DNA from: Gemmatimonadaceae bacterium
GTDB taxonomy: Bacteria; Gemmatimonadota; Gemmatimonadetes; Gemmatimonadales; Gemmatimonadaceae
DNA length: 64,000 nt
Reading direction: 5' to 3'
Assembly: GCA_045803545.1 (NCBI GenBank)
Contig: JBJMOW010000005.1
Span: forward strand, 1,248,001 to 1,312,000
Shown here: positions 47,775-56,754 of the stretch, in pieces
Layout: the number at the start of each line of letters is the position of its first letter
How positions within the stretch are numbered: the first letter of the stretch is position 1
Translations under genes and position numbers: made by a program
Notes under the pieces: model-generated
What the model was told of the DNA's origin: nothing
The model's database searches: none
The model's input: the letters and a program-made list of their open reading frames with translations, nothing else

Positions 47775-48149
47775 GTGACACACAGAACGTTCAAAGACAA
47801 AGACGGAAGAATCTGGGACGTGTGGCAGGTCCACCCGTCCGCCGCGGAGCGTCGCTTCGTTCAGCGGCGCGTGAAAGACGAGCCTAGAAGCGACACTTCC
47901 GAGCGTCGGACCGGCGATGACCGTCGCGCCAGTGAGAAGGCGAAAGCAGCAGCCCGCGCCACGATCGCTCCGGAGTTCACCTATGGCTGGCTGTGCTTCG
48001 AGACGGCAGGCGAGAAGCGCCGCCTGGCGCCAGTCCCCGAGGGCTGGGACCGAGCCGACGACGAGACGATCGAGCAATGGTGCTGCACGGCGAAGCCGGT
48101 GCCGAAGCGCAAAACCGATCCCGGACAGAAACGGATCGAGGGTAGGTAG
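47775..48149 (+). CDS. Hypothetical protein (WDV...WLCFE...RRLAPVPEGW type)
   Basis: Structured-looking motifs WDVWQV and GWLCFETAGEKRRLAPVPEGW flank ERR repeats. Confidence 0.75.
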   Translation: MTHRTFKDKDGRIWDVWQVHPSAAERRFVQRRVKDEPRSDTSERRTGDDRRASEKAKAAARATIAPEFTYGWLCFETAGEKRRLAPVPEGWDRADDETIEQWCCTAKPVPKRKTDPGQKRIEGR

Positions 48150-48218
48150 GCCGGTAGCAGCCGAGGCACTGGGCACCGCTACCCCGGTCAGGCCCGCTTT
48201 TTTCCTGATCAGGAACAT

Positions 48219-49391
48219 ATGCTGATCCTCATCGAGAACGGCGAGCTCTACTCCCCTGAGTATCGAGGCAAAAAGAATCTTCTCGTCGCCAACAACCGCA
48301 TAGAAAAGATCGGCGAGGTTGGGCGGCGTGGGCTCGATCAGCTTGGGGTCGAGTACGAGGTCATCGACGCAAACAATCGAGTTGTAGTTCCGGGCGTCAT
48401 CGATCCGCACGAGCATCTGCTCGGCGGCAGTGGCGAGGGCAGCCTCGCCAAGCAGAGTCCGATGCTGTTCGTCAATGAAATTTGCCGCGCTGGTGTGACA
48501 ACAGTCGTTGGAGTGTTAGGCGTCGACACGACGATGAAGACTTTGCCAGGGCTGCTGGCGCGTGTGAAGGGACTCAAGGAAGAGGGTCTCAGCACGTTCT
48601 TGTGGACCGGCGGATACAACGTTCCGCCGACGACGATGCTTGCCGACGTGAGGCAGGACATGATGTTCATTGACGAAGTGATCGGCGCCGGGGAGGTCGC
48701 GATCTCAGACGAGCGATCGATGGCGCCGAGCTCACAGGAGCTGGCGAAAGTTGTCTACGATGCGCACATCGGTGGCATCCTGACCGGGAAGGCCGGCCTC
48801 ACGCATTTCCACGTCGGGGACAGTGATCAGCGCCTCGCGCCGATCATGAACCTGCTCGAGTGTTACGACATCAAGCCTGACTGGCTTTTCCCGACGCACG
48901 TTCAGCGCACGAAAGAATTGATGGACGAGGCGATCGCATTCGCCATCGATGGGATGCCCGTCAACATTGATATCGTCGAGGAAGACGCGGCGAAATGGAC
49001 GAAATATTATCTGGAGCACGGCGGTCCGCGCGAGAACTTCACAATCTCCTCCGATGCTGACTCGTCAACGCCAGACATCTTCTACGGGCAGATCTGCGAG
49101 CTGGTGGTCAAGCACAAGATGCCGCTCGAACTGGTGCTGCCCTTCGTGACATCCAACACCGCGCGAATACTCAAGCTGACGACAAAGGGAAAGCTGGAGG
49201 AGGGATGCGACGCTGACGTGCTGGTGCTGACGCGAGACGGGCTCGACATCCAGGAGGTGATCGCAAACGGCAAGCGCCTGGTCGTAAATGGGTCCTGCAA
49301 GACCGATCCGAAGTTCCTGGAAGAGAGCAGTCGCCGCGTCGAGCTCGTGGGCGCTGAGAACGAAGAGCCGATTCATCTCGCCAGGACGTAA
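48219..49391 (+). CDS. iadA: Beta-aspartyl peptidase (isoaspartyl dipeptidase)
   Basis: PGVIDPHEHLLGGSGEG, GVTTVVGVLGVD, GEVAISD, HFHVG, PTHV, ISSD. Confidence 0.85.
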   Translation: MLILIENGELYSPEYRGKKNLLVANNRIEKIGEVGRRGLDQLGVEYEVIDANNRVVVPGVIDPHEHLLGGSGEGSLAKQSPMLFVNEICRAGVTTVVGVLGVDTTMKTLPGLLARVKGLKEEGLSTFLWTGGYNVPPTTMLADVRQDMMFIDEVIGAGEVAISDERSMAPSSQELAKVVYDAHIGGILTGKAGLTHFHVGDSDQRLAPIMNLLECYDIKPDWLFPTHVQRTKELMDEAIAFAIDGMPVNIDIVEEDAAKWTKYYLEHGGPRENFTISSDADSSTPDIFYGQICELVVKHKMPLELVLPFVTSNTARILKLTTKGKLEEGCDADVLVLTRDGLDIQEVIANGKRLVVNGSCKTDPKFLEESSRRVELVGAENEEPIHLART

Positions 49392-49621
49392 ACGGACCGC
49401 AGAGCGCGGCATTAGCGGTGAGTTTTCCGCGCGTTTCTCTCGCACTTTTTTCGTGTCGCTTTTGAAAATGTTCGATAGCAGACCCACTAAGTCGTTGGCG
49501 CTGCACGTCAAGCTGTGACGGCTTGCAACTTGCTTTTTCTGCGCGCGTCAGGGAGCCGTCTGGTTCACTGATACACTCGATTCTTGGGTAGGTACGTGAT
49601 CGTTCGACGAGGAAGCAGCGC

Positions 49622-49948
49622 ATGGTAAGACTTGCCACCCGACACCCGCAACGTACCCTGCGTTGGGCTCTCCCCCGCCCGTTTCACCACGTCCTGAAGG
49701 GAGCCCTGCAGAATGCAGGTATCGGGATCGCGCTGGAGCCCGAACTGAGGCGAGTCGTTCGCCGGATACTCGATTCGCCAGATATCGCCCGGGTGTCGCA
49801 TGACGAATTGATGTCAAGTCTGAGACTCGCGTTGGTGGAGGCAGCGATGGAGCTCGGCTTCCCACCCGGCGCCGAGCGCAACGAGCTGTTGGCGAGAATG
49901 GTCGCGGTGTGTCAGCACGAGCTGTACGGCGCGAAACGATCGTGGTAG
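49622..49948 (+). CDS. Small hypothetical protein
   Basis: GAGGA RBS; helical; C terminus LLARMVAVCQHELYG loosely resembles 37196-37498. Confidence 0.6.
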   Translation: MVRLATRHPQRTLRWALPRPFHHVLKGALQNAGIGIALEPELRRVVRRILDSPDIARVSHDELMSSLRLALVEAAMELGFPPGAERNELLARMVAVCQHELYGAKRSW

Positions 49949-49967
49949 CTCTCAGCCCGCAATATCG

Positions 49968-50004
49968 AAAAAAAAAAGCCCGACGACTTTTTAGGTCGCC
50001 GGGC
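49968..50004 (-). terminator. Rho-independent terminator
   Basis: A10 tract next to the GCCCGACGAC/GTCGCCGGGC stem, downstream of the minus-strand gene ending at 50066. Confidence 0.8.
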
Positions 50005-50065
50005 TCGCTCGGTCCAGTTCTAACGCTGGGAGGCCGCCCTGAACCGAGCTACTTCTCCTGCTACT

Positions 50066-50629
50066 TTATGACGCGCGCTGACCGGCGCGATCGCCTTCGT
50101 GCTTCTGGTGCTCCTGCTCGCGCTGCTGGCGTAGCTGCTGATACTTCGCGCGCTGAGTAGAGTTGAGAACTGCGTCGATCTGTTTGTCGGTCTGATCGCG
50201 CAGGGCCTTTATTTCAGGCGGGAGCTGACGTTGACCGCCGAAGCCACGACCGCCGCGATCGGCGCGATCGGCGCGCGCACTGTCGGGACGCTGTCCATCG
50301 GGACGCTCGCCACCCCGTTGCGGACCCTGGAACCCATTCTTTTGTCGGAGCGCCTGCATCTGCGTGCTCTCGTTGGTCAGAATGGTGCGGATTCGTGCCT
50401 GCTGAACGGCGCTCAGCTGAAGGTCCTGCGTCATCGACGCAATACGACGATCGATGCGCTGCTGCGGATCGAACTGGCCGCGGCCTTCACCTCGCTCCTG
50501 CCTTTGCTGCGGAACGTTCTGTCCCTGTGACTGGGCGCACGCAGTCGACGCGGCGATGGCGAGCGCCACCACTGCTGACGCTACGACGCCTGAACGTGCC
50601 ACGCGCTCTTTGATTGTATAAAGCTTCAT
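50066..50629 (-). CDS. Secreted Spy/CpxP-like (LTxxQ-type) helical protein
   Basis: Signal or lipoprotein peptide; LQLSAVQQARI and VLNSTQRAKY motifs; Gln/Arg-rich; AGGAG RBS. Confidence 0.65.
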   Translation of the reverse strand: MKLYTIKERVARSGVVASAVVALAIAASTACAQSQGQNVPQQRQERGEGRGQFDPQQRIDRRIASMTQDLQLSAVQQARIRTILTNESTQMQALRQKNGFQGPQRGGERPDGQRPDSARADRADRGGRGFGGQRQLPPEIKALRDQTDKQIDAVLNSTQRAKYQQLRQQREQEHQKHEGDRAGQRAS

Positions 50630-50658
50630 TGCTGCTCCTGTAGCTGAAAGTGAGTGAA

Positions 50659-51459
50659 TCAGGCGACGTTGACGCCGAGGTTGATGATGCCGGCGTAGCC
50701 ATCGCTGGTCTTGCTGGTCTGAAGGGTCAGACCTGCCTTCTCGGTGGTCGAGAGGCTGTTGTAGATCCCGTCGTTCGCGTTGCGTAGGTCGCGACTGCCA
50801 CGCGAGCTGTACGGGCTCTGGGTGTAAACCGAATCCGTCAGCGCGTCGTCGAAGAAGAACTGCGAGGTGAACTCGTAGGTCCTCGTCGAGCCTGCATATA
50901 GACGGAGCTTGAAATGGATGTGAACGGCACGTCCACTGTACCACCCCGGATAAATCGTAGTGAACGCTGCAACGCCGTTCGCATCCGTTATCTGATAACC
51001 GCGCAAAAACTTTCTCGACGAGCCGGAGACATCGGAGTACACCCCTGCCGCGTCGCAATGCCAGACATCGAGGTACGCTCCGGTGAGCGGAGTGCAGGCG
51101 CTGCTTGCAACGCGAGAAACGTTGAAGGTGAGCGCCAGCGGAATCCCACTCGATACCACACTTGTCGCTGGATCGGTGCGGATATCGGACCGATTGAGCT
51201 TCTCATCGACGAAGAACGGACCCTCGGTCAGCGACGCCGTCAGAACGCAGGTCGAGCTGCCGGTGGCTGGAATCGTCGTTCCACCACTCGCGGTGGTGTC
51301 AGTCGTATCGGTCGCGTTGGTCGCGGCGGCTGCACAGCTCGCAAGGACGGATTGCGAAACCAGCACGCTCGCCGCGCCCTTCGCCGCGAACCCGAGCAGT
51401 TCGCGCCGGCTCAGTCGCGTGGCTTTTGGAGATTCTGTCTCAATGAGTTTGTTCGACAT
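50659..51459 (-). CDS. Tat-exported intradiol ring-cleavage dioxygenase-like protein
   Basis: SRRELL Tat motif; TEGPF, DVWHCDAAGVY, TIYPGWY.GRAVHIH (Tyr, Tyr, His, His iron ligands present). Confidence 0.88.
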   Translation of the reverse strand: MSNKLIETESPKATRLSRRELLGFAAKGAASVLVSQSVLASCAAAATNATDTTDTTASGGTTIPATGSSTCVLTASLTEGPFFVDEKLNRSDIRTDPATSVVSSGIPLALTFNVSRVASSACTPLTGAYLDVWHCDAAGVYSDVSGSSRKFLRGYQITDANGVAAFTTIYPGWYSGRAVHIHFKLRLYAGSTRTYEFTSQFFFDDALTDSVYTQSPYSSRGSRDLRNANDGIYNSLSTTEKAGLTLQTSKTSDGYAGIINLGVNVA

Positions 51460-51539
51460 TGAAGTCCCGTGAGATGATCGGTGCGTTGTGCTCTGATCAG
51501 AATACACGTGAGAGGGGGACTTCTCTGCGGCTATGTCAT

Positions 51540-51568
51540 GAAGTGCACGAGGGCGTTACGAATCGCAC
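51540..51568 (-). promoter_or_regulatory. Candidate LytTR-binding direct repeat
   Basis: GAAGTGCAC-N11-GAATCGCAC, starting 36 nt from a TATTCT -10 box (51499-51504, minus strand). Confidence 0.6.
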
Positions 51569-51580
51569 TTCTCAACGGCG

Positions 51581-51728
51581 GATTGAGGGCCGAGGACTAA
51601 GGGCATCGATCACCGAGGACTGAGTGAGGATTGCAGACAACCGAGAACTCGAAGTACGGTGGGCTCGGTTGTCCTCGCTCATCACTTAGTCAGCAATCAT
51701 AGATGCACTTAGTCCTCGGGCCTCGGTC
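51581..51728. repeat. Palindrome family B copy 3 (inner segment flipped)
   Basis: GATTGAGGGCCGAGGACTAAG...TCACTTAGTCAGCAATCATAGATGC...CTTAGTCCTCGGGCCTCGGTC. Confidence 0.92.
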
Positions 51729-51733
51729 ATTAG

Positions 51734-52519
51734 CTAGATGTGAAGCCCCATTAATTCCTCGAGCTTTTCAAACCTGCTGCGGGAAACCTTGAGCCTCTGT
51801 CCGCCCTTCAGCACCACCGCGTAATCCCCACCGGGATTGCGGATCAAGGTCTCGACGAGATCGAGTCGCACTATTGCGGAGCGATGGATGCGGAAGAATT
51901 TCCCGGGATCGAGGCGGTCCTCGAGCGTCTGCATCCGCTCCCGTATCAGGTAGCGCTTGTCGGCGACAAACAGCTCCGCGTACGGTCCGCTGGCGATCAT
52001 ATAGTCGATCTGCTTGACCGGCACCACACGCACCTGGCCTTTCATCTCTACCGCGATGCGCTCGAGGTACTGGGTCTTCGGCGCCGCTTTAGCTTCGGAG
52101 CCTCCGAGTAGGCTGCGCAATTCGTCGGAAAGCTTCGAGACCTGATTGAGCTCGATCATCTTCCGCGCTCGACGAAATGCCTTCTCGAATCGCTCGTCAT
52201 CGAAGGGCTTGACCAGGTAATCGAGCGCGGCAAGATCGAATGCGACGACAGCGTAGTCGTACGCCGTCGTGAAGATCACCGGTGGCATATCGTCGACGCC
52301 GATCTCACGCACGACGTCGAGTCCGGTTTTGCCAGGCATTTGGATGTCGAGGAAAACGAGATCGGGTTTCAGCTCACGGATCGCTTCGACCGCAGTCAGG
52401 CCATTGTCGGCGGTGCCAACGATCTCGACACCATTCTCGTGGGCGAGCAAATCCTCCAGTCGCTGGCGACTGAGCTTTTCGTCTTCGGCGATCAGTACAC
52501 GCAGTGGCTTGGCGCTCAC
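51734..52519 (-). CDS. LytTR family response regulator
   Basis: Receiver DLVFLDIQMP, FTTAY, DYLVKP; LytTR FFRIHRS and VSRSR. Confidence 0.95.
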   Translation of the reverse strand: MSAKPLRVLIAEDEKLSRQRLEDLLAHENGVEIVGTADNGLTAVEAIRELKPDLVFLDIQMPGKTGLDVVREIGVDDMPPVIFTTAYDYAVVAFDLAALDYLVKPFDDERFEKAFRRARKMIELNQVSKLSDELRSLLGGSEAKAAPKTQYLERIAVEMKGQVRVVPVKQIDYMIASGPYAELFVADKRYLIRERMQTLEDRLDPGKFFRIHRSAIVRLDLVETLIRNPGGDYAVVLKGGQRLKVSRSRFEKLEELMGLHI

Positions 52520-53757
52520 TGACTGGCCTGAGATTTAGTCACCAGCACCGTGCGGAGCTCCGCGGAAGTGCGATACGGAACCGCGATTCTCGCGATGGTA
52601 CCGCCGCCGGCCGCTTCCGTGAGAGCGAGGCTCTGCTCACTACCATACATCTGCTCCAGACGTTGCCGAGTGTTGGCGAGTCCGACTCCCGCGTCATCGA
52701 GTCGAGCGATTTTCGCAGGGCCGGGACCGTTGTCGGTGACAGTGAGCACGAGTCGTTCCCCTTCGACTCGAGCACGAATCCCGATTTTGCCCGCTGCCGC
52801 GATTTTGTCAACGCCGTGCTTGACCGCGTTCTCCACTAGCGGCTGCAGTATCAAACTGGGCACCATTGCATTGCGCGCGTCATCCTCGATCTGCATGTCG
52901 ATCTCCAGCTTGCCCTGAAACCTGACCTGCATGATCTCGAGGTAGCGCTCGAGGAAAGAGATTTCCTGCGATAGCGGCACTTCGTGATCGGTACCGCCTT
53001 CGAGGGTATACCGCAGCAGCTCGCTGAGGCGGGCGATCATGCGGCGTACCCCACGCGGATCGCGCTCGACCAGTGACGACACCGCGTTCAACGTGTTGAA
53101 CAGAAAGTGCGGATTCAGCTGCGCGTTGAGAGCCGACAACTTCGCTTCGGCGAGCTGCGTTTGGAGTTGAGCCGTTTCGGCCGCCATCTGCGCGGCGGCT
53201 TTCTCGTGGGCGCGGAATCGACGCGAATATTCGCGCGCGAAACCGGCGGCCAGGATGCCGCAGAATATCAGGAAGTGATTGAGGATCATCGGGCCGTGGA
53301 AGAAATTCAGCGGCGAGCCACCCCCGAGTCCGCGCCGAACCCCGCCTCCACGTTCTCCACCGCCGCCAAAACGCCCGACACCACCCGGCGCTCCTCTGCC
53401 GCGATCCGAACCCTGGAGGGTCTGTATCAGCGATGAGTTGATCAGGTCGACAAAGAAGGCAATGACAAGTCCGATTGCGATGAGCGCCAGGATCCTTGTC
53501 CATGGTGGCGACTCGATAACGTTGAACCGGCTGACAAGCCAGAAGAGTGGCGGTGTCAGCAGCGCCCACAGATACATCTGCTGGAATGCCAGGGCGATCG
53601 GCACCGCGGTTGGTACCGCGGTGAAGCCTTCGCGCTGATCGGCGAGTCGATTGGCGGCGGTTAATATCGCCAACAGAGTCCAGAACGCGAAGATCCCGAA
53701 AATCTCTACGCCACTAAGTCGGAACCGTTTCTCTGCGGCTGGGGATGCTTCGCTCAT
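52516..53757 (-). CDS. LytS-type sensor histidine kinase
   Basis: TM helices; AQLNPHFLFNTLN, LQPLVENAVKHG, DNGPG, GVGLANTRQRL. Confidence 0.95.
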   Translation of the reverse strand: MSEASPAAEKRFRLSGVEIFGIFAFWTLLAILTAANRLADQREGFTAVPTAVPIALAFQQMYLWALLTPPLFWLVSRFNVIESPPWTRILALIAIGLVIAFFVDLINSSLIQTLQGSDRGRGAPGGVGRFGGGGERGGGVRRGLGGGSPLNFFHGPMILNHFLIFCGILAAGFAREYSRRFRAHEKAAAQMAAETAQLQTQLAEAKLSALNAQLNPHFLFNTLNAVSSLVERDPRGVRRMIARLSELLRYTLEGGTDHEVPLSQEISFLERYLEIMQVRFQGKLEIDMQIEDDARNAMVPSLILQPLVENAVKHGVDKIAAAGKIGIRARVEGERLVLTVTDNGPGPAKIARLDDAGVGLANTRQRLEQMYGSEQSLALTEAAGGGTIARIAVPYRTSAELRTVLVTKSQASQ

Positions 53758-53804
53758 GACCCATGATACCCCGTCCCGGAGGGCGTGGGCAAATCAAACA
53801 GCGT

Positions 53805-53834
53805 GAAGTGCACCCAGGCGTATCTCAGTCGCAC
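53805..53834 (-). promoter_or_regulatory. Candidate LytTR-binding direct repeat (autoregulatory)
   Basis: GAAGTGCAC-N12-CAGTCGCAC, starting 37 nt from a TATCAT -10 box (53763-53768, minus strand). Confidence 0.6.
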
Positions 53835-53998
53835 TGTCGAGAAACATTTGGGCGGTGAAACTCGCTTGTGACGTCTACGTGCAGACTATGACTGCGCGGT
53901 GTAGTTCGTGACAACGAAGGCGAGTGAACAACAACGGTGTGTGTCAGAAGCAAGTAGAGAGATCAGAAAGCATTCTAACACACAACCGGTTCACTAAA

Positions 53999-54334
53999 AT
54001 GTCACTCGCCTTCAAGACCACCGACGCTCCTTCGCACCAGCCGCCCAGACTCTCCACGCTCGAAGCGACGCTGCGCGGCTATTTCGTCGCCGCATTCACC
54101 GGCGCCGACAAGCCCGATTGGGCGTTCCGCGCAGCTGTCTGGAACGTGACTGACGACCTCAAGATGATCGGCGACAAACCGGAGGACGTTATCAAGCGGA
54201 TCAAGTACATCGCCGCCATCCCCGTCGCGTTTCACTACCGAGTCGGCTACCGCGAGAGTCAGTCGAGGCTGACTCACACTGTATCGAAGGCGACTGCGAT
54301 CGCGATCGACCGATACTTCGCGGCCAACGTCTAG
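53999..54334 (+). CDS. Small helical hypothetical protein
   Basis: RAAVWNVTDDLK..GDKPEDVIKRIK...AIDRYF, same pattern as 37196-37498. Confidence 0.65.
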   Translation: MSLAFKTTDAPSHQPPRLSTLEATLRGYFVAAFTGADKPDWAFRAAVWNVTDDLKMIGDKPEDVIKRIKYIAAIPVAFHYRVGYRESQSRLTHTVSKATAIAIDRYFAANV

Positions 54335-55173
54335 TTGCCGTTGAGAGCAGCCGCGACGTCGCTCAGGGTCCGGAATCCACGCTGCTGCTCGCGAGTGAAC
54401 TCTATCCGAAACTCCTCCTCGACGGCCATCATCAGCACGACCAGATCGAGAGAGTCGATACCCATCTCGAGGAGCGAGGCGTCAAAGCGGATTTCGGATT
54501 CGTCGCGACTGAGCGAGTCTGCGGCGAGGCGACGCAGGCGTTGCTCGACTGAATCGGGTGCGACGCGATGCGGACCGACCACCTGCTCGAAACAATGGGC
54601 GTACTGCTTGAGTCCGTTGTACACCTCTTCGTCGACGCGCTTGAAACGATCCATCATCTCGTCGACGACAGCCTGACCATTCGCCGCGGCGTAGGCGTCG
54701 AGCCGGTCTTTCACCCAGCGAATGTGTCCGGTTTCCTCCTCGATCAACTGCTGAAGCGTGCGCTTGACCTCGGGATGGGTGCCTGGCCAGGACAGATGCG
54801 CGCGGAAATGTCGAACTACTCGCCGCTCGAACACCTGCGTCAGCGCCAACACCTCGAGCAGGTTCGTGGGATTACCGACTGCCGCGTGATATCGCGCTTG
54901 ATATGTCTCTCTTACCTTCTTTGGAGTGCCACCGACTCTCTGAATGCACTGGGTCCAGGCCCACGCGTGCCCCGCCTCTTCCGCGCAGTGCTCGGTGAGC
55001 CGCACACGCAAATCGTCGTCATCGGTCTCACGCGCGAGCCGTCCCATCAGCAGTCCGCCGGCAAGCTCGGACTCGCGATAGTAGCTGAGTAGCCACAGCT
55101 CGTTCTCACTGATCTCCAGCTTGCCCGGCGTCGGTGGCTCGTATGAATGTGCGACAGCAATTGAGCTAGCCAT
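54331..55173 (-). CDS. Ferritin-like diiron protein fused to a C-terminal acyl carrier protein
   Basis: ESELAG / EEAGH / VFERRV / EETGH give an E-ExxH-E-ExxH ligand set; ACP motif LEMGIDSLDLVVLMMAVEEEFRI. Confidence 0.88.
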   Translation of the reverse strand: MASSIAVAHSYEPPTPGKLEISENELWLLSYYRESELAGGLLMGRLARETDDDDLRVRLTEHCAEEAGHAWAWTQCIQRVGGTPKKVRETYQARYHAAVGNPTNLLEVLALTQVFERRVVRHFRAHLSWPGTHPEVKRTLQQLIEEETGHIRWVKDRLDAYAAANGQAVVDEMMDRFKRVDEEVYNGLKQYAHCFEQVVGPHRVAPDSVEQRLRRLAADSLSRDESEIRFDASLLEMGIDSLDLVVLMMAVEEEFRIEFTREQQRGFRTLSDVAAALNGN

Positions 55174-55891
55174 TGCTCATCTCCTCCATCAAATGCTCCG
55201 TCGGCGAAAGGCCGCAGAGCTGTCGGATCTTCCGGTTCATCGCCATGATGGCGTCGAAATCATTTTCCTCGGCGTGCGGAATTTCGACAACGTCGCTGCC
55301 GTAATGCCGAAAGTTTTCAGCGGCGCTGATGATCTCCGGCACAATCGATCGATCAGCGTCTATTCGCTTCCTGAGCAATGCACCAGCGCCGGCGCTGTGA
55401 CGAAGCTCGTCCCTGCTCATGTAGTCCATCAATTCGGCAAGCACCGGCTCGCGCGTTTGCGCAGCAATCCGCCTGAAGAAATGCGCGGCGAACAGCTCGG
55501 AGCACATGAAGTGGGTCAGGTACGTTACCGCCGAATCGCGATCGTACTGGATCGAGCTGGTGCGACCGCGCGCCTCGACAAGGTCGCGCACACTCGACTT
55601 GCTGCTCTGATCTCCAACGGTATCCAGATATCGCCGCAGCGCGGTGTAGTGCTTGAGCCCCTCGTAAAGCTCCAGACTTAGAATCGCGGTGGCGTCGACG
55701 TCGTCCCACAACATGAGCATCAGGCGCGGTGCAAACGTCGGCAGATAGCCCTCGATAATCGCCGCATCGCGCAGACCGGCGTGAATCTCGGCTTCGTCGC
55801 GGGCGATCCGGTGGTCGATCGCTCCCCAGCGGATGCTGTCGATCGACCATGCCGACGATTCGGCAGCACGCAGATGCTCCTCGTAGATCAA
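55166..55891 (-). CDS. Ferritin-like (acyl-ACP desaturase/AurF-like) protein
   Basis: WSIDSIRW, IIEGYLP, YEGLKHY, CSELFA, SRDELRH. The TTG start overlaps the upstream stop (TTGA) after GAGAGGGGA, so the longer 56104 start is unlikely. Confidence 0.8.
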   Translation of the reverse strand: MIYEEHLRAAESSAWSIDSIRWGAIDHRIARDEAEIHAGLRDAAIIEGYLPTFAPRLMLMLWDDVDATAILSLELYEGLKHYTALRRYLDTVGDQSSKSSVRDLVEARGRTSSIQYDRDSAVTYLTHFMCSELFAAHFFRRIAAQTREPVLAELMDYMSRDELRHSAGAGALLRKRIDADRSIVPEIISAAENFRHYGSDVVEIPHAEENDFDAIMAMNRKIRQLCGLSPTEHLMEEMSNG

Positions 55892-56754
55892 TGTCCCCTC
55901 TCTGCAACGGCGAGCGTCTGCAAGCCAACGGTGTCGTTCGTCGTCCGCACACTGGTGAAACCAGCAGAGGTCAGAAGCGCTCTCAGCTGTTGAGTTGAGC
56001 GATAGTGCGTATGAAGCTCGGCGAGCTCTCGCGCGAGATAGTCGGAAACCCGATCGCGGTTCATCGCCGAGGTTATGAAACGGCCGCCAGGCCGCAGCGC
56101 GCACAACGCGCGGCGATAGAAATCGTACAGGATCCCGTCCGCGAGAAATTCTCCGAAGCCGAGTGACACGATGACGTCAACACCGGTTGGGATAGTGCCA
56201 GGTTTCAGCGCATCGCCACAGCTGAACTCGAAGGACTGATGTCCGTCGATGAGCTTGCGCGACAACGCCAACGGCTCCGGATCGATGTCGATACCCATGA
56301 ACGTCGTGCGCTCATAGCGACCGGGATCGCTGCGCCGCAGCGTCTCCGCGACGTCGAACAGATCGCGCGCGATGCCGCACGGAATCGAAACGACGGTGAG
56401 CTCCCGATCATCGTCAATCGCCTCGATCGCACGCATGATCTCCAGGCGGGAATGGAGGAAGCGACTACGCATCGAGCGCGAGCCTTTGAGCTTGAGCAGC
56501 AAGCGATCGAGCATCCGGCCAACGCCAAAGCGTCCGCTGGGCTCATTTCTGTAGATGTGATCAGCGAAGCGGAAGCTACCCGAGTTTCTGATTCCCTCTC
56601 GCGCGAGATCACTGGTCGTCAGCAAGGCGTAGACGGGGAGCAGGTGATACTTCCCCTCCGAGACCAATCGGCGTGGAATCGAGGCCGACCGGCGCGTGCG
56701 ATTGGGCAGCGCCGCGATTGGCGTCGCAGTCAGTTCATGCTGTGGCCGAGACAT
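55888..56754 (-). CDS. Class I SAM-dependent methyltransferase
   Basis: VVSIPCGIARDL (motif I), GIDID, GDAL, VSLGFGEFL, ALRPGGRF. Confidence 0.88.
   Translation of the reverse strand: MSRPQHELTATPIAALPNRTRRSASIPRRLVSEGKYHLLPVYALLTTSDLAREGIRNSGSFRFADHIYRNEPSGRFGVGRMLDRLLLKLKGSRSMRSRFLHSRLEIMRAIEAIDDDRELTVVSIPCGIARDLFDVAETLRRSDPGRYERTTFMGIDIDPEPLALSRKLIDGHQSFEFSCGDALKPGTIPTGVDVIVSLGFGEFLADGILYDFYRRALCALRPGGRFITSAMNRDRVSDYLARELAELHTHYRSTQQLRALLTSAGFTSVRTTNDTVGLQTLAVAERGH

Noticed and set aside
48219..49391. Cyanophycin metabolism locus
   Set aside because: IadA-like gene only; no cyanophycin synthetase or cyanophycinase in the window.
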